Positions 60,629 to 64,000 of a stretch of DNA of 64,000 nucleotides are shown here, one piece after another. Position numbers and translations under genes: made by a program. Each line of letters begins with the position of its first letter. Position 1 is the stretch's first letter. The stretch is taken from positions 9,300,001-9,364,000 of the forward strand of contig JBHGNT010000016.1 in NCBI GenBank assembly GCA_043228905.1, given 5' to 3'. The notes beneath the pieces were generated by a model that saw only the letters and a list, made by a program, of their open reading frames with translations, had not been told where the DNA came from and searched no databases. This DNA is from Azolla caroliniana. Lineage: Eukaryota; Plantae; Polypodiophyta.

Positions 60629-61875
60629 TGTAAAGTTAATATGCGGAAGCTTAAATAAACCGGCTTAGCCCGATAACAACCGTAAAATAGAAATGAAGGT
60701 TTAATGGAAGCTTATGAATACACAATAGATAGGAGAGGGAGAGAGAACAGAATAGCATAAACTAAATTCAAAATCATAACACTCGGTACATACAATGTGC
60801 TCAGTGAGCACTTTTATAAAACTCCTTAAAAGGATTGATAGAAGTACTGACATGTACTTCAATGCTCATACAAGTGACTGGCACTAACTCCAAGAAATAT
60901 GTCTATGTACTAGGCTAGGACCATGGGCCTCTAACGGCATATCGGTTTCAATATGATCAAGTTCTTAGTTTTGGATATCGATCCGGATACCTATCCGGTT
61001 CTTTGTTCCAAATACTGATCCAGATCCAGTTTAGCTTGTCCGCTCAACACCCCCCCTCAAGTTCAACTTGAGGTCGGATCATGGTGTTAGTGTCTGCCAG
61101 TCCTTTCTTTTGGTTCCTCCTGGTGTCTTCCTGCCTTGCTCGCATTCCTCGACCTATCTAGTTCCGCACTTCTCGACCTTCTCGATCGATTTGTCTGCTC
61201 ATAAGGCCCATTTGAGCTCTTTCCCTATTGTGACTTCAATGCTACTCGACCAATCGGTTCCTCCCTGTCGGCGTCGACTTCTGTTGCGTTCGTATTTTCT
61301 TATGCTCCAATTGATTCGGCTCCTCCGAATCGGCTGTACCTTCGATTCGTTCCAGCTTTTGTACAAATTGGATGTCTCCAATTCTTCCTCGATCTTTAGG
61401 CCCTTTACCACATCGAACCACGTCCGAGTCTTGGCCGTCTTCTTCCAGTCGGCTTTGTCCTTCTTAATTCTACCGCCGTCACCGTTGTTCCAACATGTTC
61501 GGATGTGACGACTTCTTCAGTCGACTCAGCTCCCTTTTTTTACTTGTCTCCCCCTATTTTGGTTTCCATTCCGGTTCTCCCCGTATCAGCACCGATTCTC
61601 TCCCTCAAGTACGGCATGTCGAGATGCTATAGCCCAAGCATCTCCGAAAAATGTTGCAACCTACCGATCCGTCCGGACATACCGGAGTTCGACTTCACCG
61701 CTCAGGATCCGCTCACACACAAAGTGGTAGTGCACTTCTATGTGCTTTGTCCGATGTTGTAGTAGATCTGGATTGGAGTTGGTACTTTGATCCGGGGGTC
61801 TTGTAGCAACCACCGAAGCTAGATGGCTTCACATGTGGCAATGGTGGTGCCGCGATACTCAGCCACAATGCTCAA
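60629..61875 (-). mobile_element. Copia family B 3' end (RH remnant, extension, PPT, 3' LTR 60629-61049)
   Basis: Minus strand TKHIEVHYHF, PPT TTGAGGGGGGG, and LTR homologous to 56123-56568. Confidence 0.87.
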
Positions 61876-64000
61876 GTGGAAACCGTGGTACCCCTGGTTG
61901 TTGAAAAAGGTGAGTCTAGCGTTCACTATTTTATTTGTCAATAGCCAGGTCATTACGTAACACGATCCCCATGACGCGATAAAGGGAAAGGGCAAGCGGT
62001 GAACACGATAATGGCGGAAGTCTAGCATGTTACAACCCGCAACAAGGCGAAAAACAGTGACTGGGCAGAGCAAGACAAGATCCGCAAAGCTGTAAAAGCC
62101 TAGGTAGAGAAGGAAAATGAAGCCAACATGGAACACATGCGACAAGAGTTCGGCCACACTGCCACACATATGCAAGACACGGTATTGGCGCCAGATCCTA
62201 TATGGCAAGCATTGGCCGATTGTGAAATTGAGCTAACCATAGACAAACTATTAAGTCTTGTCTCTTGATTCCACTAGACCGTGGAAAACCAAATATAGGG
62301 CATAGACAGAATAGAGATTTTGGCCAATTATACAGAGTCTAGCACAGGCCCAACCGTGGTTGATCACCACAATCCAGCCATCAAGGTGGTGCCGCAAGGG
62401 TAGGAAATCGTGGGCCACATTATCGACGAAGGCTCTGGGGTCAATGTGATCAGTAAAGCCACATGTTTCCGCCTCGGGATTACGGAATGGGAAGCATGCC
62501 CATTTTGGCTCCGAATGGTGGACACCCGTTCTATCAGACCATTGGGGTTAGTCCGGAAGTTAAGAATTGTAATCGACGGCCATACCTTGGAAATTGCCAC
62601 CGTAATTTTGGCTCTGGACGCGCCAGGGACGTATCCTATCTTGTTAGGATGACCATGGTTATGCTCCGCCAATATCAAGCAAAATTAGCAGTTCAACTAC
62701 ATTAGCTTCCGACGAGGGCGGGCCAAGATCCGAGTGCCAACGCAAGAATTCACCTCACCCACGAAAGCAATAACACCATTATACGTGGAAGAAATTAACA
62801 TGTTGGAAAGGCTGGAGGATACGGAACTTGAAGCATACCTAGACGAAAATCCGCGGATAGTACCGTTGTTCGAGATAGACATCCTCGAAACCGCTAACGA
62901 GTACATACCAATGATTGTGTCAAATGGAGAAGAGTACGAACCAGACCCTAAATCGGTGTTGGACCTCCGCAAAGCACCAGAGGCATTCGAGAAGGAGATG
63001 GAGATTTCGCAAAGAGTCATAACGTCGACTATGGAAAACATCAATGTAGGATCAGTCGAGGCACCAGGCTACTATCGATTGCAAAGGACATGACGCCCAC
63101 CGAAAAATTCGCAATGACAGACTTATTACGGGATTTTAAAGATGTCTTTGCATGGTCACATGAAGACATGAAGGGGCTAGACCCAAAATTCTACCAACAC
63201 AAAATTAACTTGGCCACGGATGCAAAACCGGTTCAGGACAGACGCTATCGAATGAACCCGAACTATGCGGCACACATAAAGAGGAAATCGACAATTTCTT
63301 GAAAGTTAGGTTTATTCGACCAGTAAAGCAAGCTACATGGCTTAGCCCAATAGTAGTAGTACCAAAGAAAATGGCAAAATCTGAGTGTGTGTTGACTACC
63401 GCAAGTTAAATGTTGTCACAATCACTGACGCATTCCCCTTGCCATTCACGGATAGCGTATTAGACGTGGTCATAGGCATGACATGTACAATTTCCTCGAT
63501 GGGTTTAGTGGGTATAACCAAATACGCATGCACCCGGAAGATCAAGAGAAAACTGCTTTCGTAACCGAATGGGGCGTGTTTGTGGTTGTGGTAATGATGT
63601 TCGGATTTAAGACCGCTCTAGCAACGTTCCAACGTATCATTCCCGTGATTTTTGGCAACTTCATTCGAGCGTTCGTGCTTTGCGACTTAGCCTCAATCCG
63701 GCCAAATGTGCGTTCGGAGTTACCGACGGAGTCCTTCTCGGCCATATAGTGAGCAAAGACGGTATTGCGGTGGATCCCGATAAAAACCATAGCCATAGTC
63801 GAGGCAAAGGCACCTAGCAATGCAAAGGCCCTTAGCCATTTTTTGGGGCAAATTCATTGGCACAGCCATATACTCCGTTATCTGGCGGATTTGGCAACAC
63901 CGTTACACACTTCGATACACCGCACACCATTTAGATGAACCGCAACAGAAGATAAGGCGTACGAAGCACTAAAAGTGATTCTTACACAAGCACTTGTAGT
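61876..64000 (+). pseudogene. pol: Decayed Gypsy (Arg family) gag-end/PR/RT fragment
   Basis: IIDEGSGVNVIS, CPFWLRM, DFKDVFAWS, FLDGFSGYNQI match 38668-43794; many stops. Confidence 0.9.

Overview
Gene-free, eukaryotic retrotransposon nest. It is probably from a non-seed land plant such as a moss, which is an inference from element types and CG/CHG-type C>T decay. The window holds two stacks of nested LTR retrotransposons. Stack 1 is Copia-B (12100-28211) > tRNA-Trp-primed Gypsy (13755-26382) > near-intact Tnt1/Tork-like Copia (18621-24146). Stack 2 is Copia-B (33726-58032) > Copia-B (34775-56568) > Tork-like Copia (36549-52417) > a very young non-chromovirus Gypsy (37588-47740) with intact gag-pol and a large extra 3' ORF. 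There are also LINE fragments, a 100-N gap and a TA/TG-derived array with ~167-bp periodicity. The main observation is that the young Gypsy family has no polypurine tract. In its place, 2 nt before the 3' LTR, sits a sense-orientation tRNA-Arg-like 3' half (T-arm, acceptor strand, CCA) with a covarying hairpin inserted in the T-loop, conserved in a diverged second copy (2319-2360). This suggests tRNA-primed or tRNA-mimic-primed plus-strand synthesis. Other notable features are a Copia LTR carrying a ~200-bp Gypsy-LTR segment, a capsid-swapped Copia, a putative internal promoter for the extra ORF, and a conserved C-terminal extension of Copia-B Pol. All comparisons were made by eye and no database searches were run.
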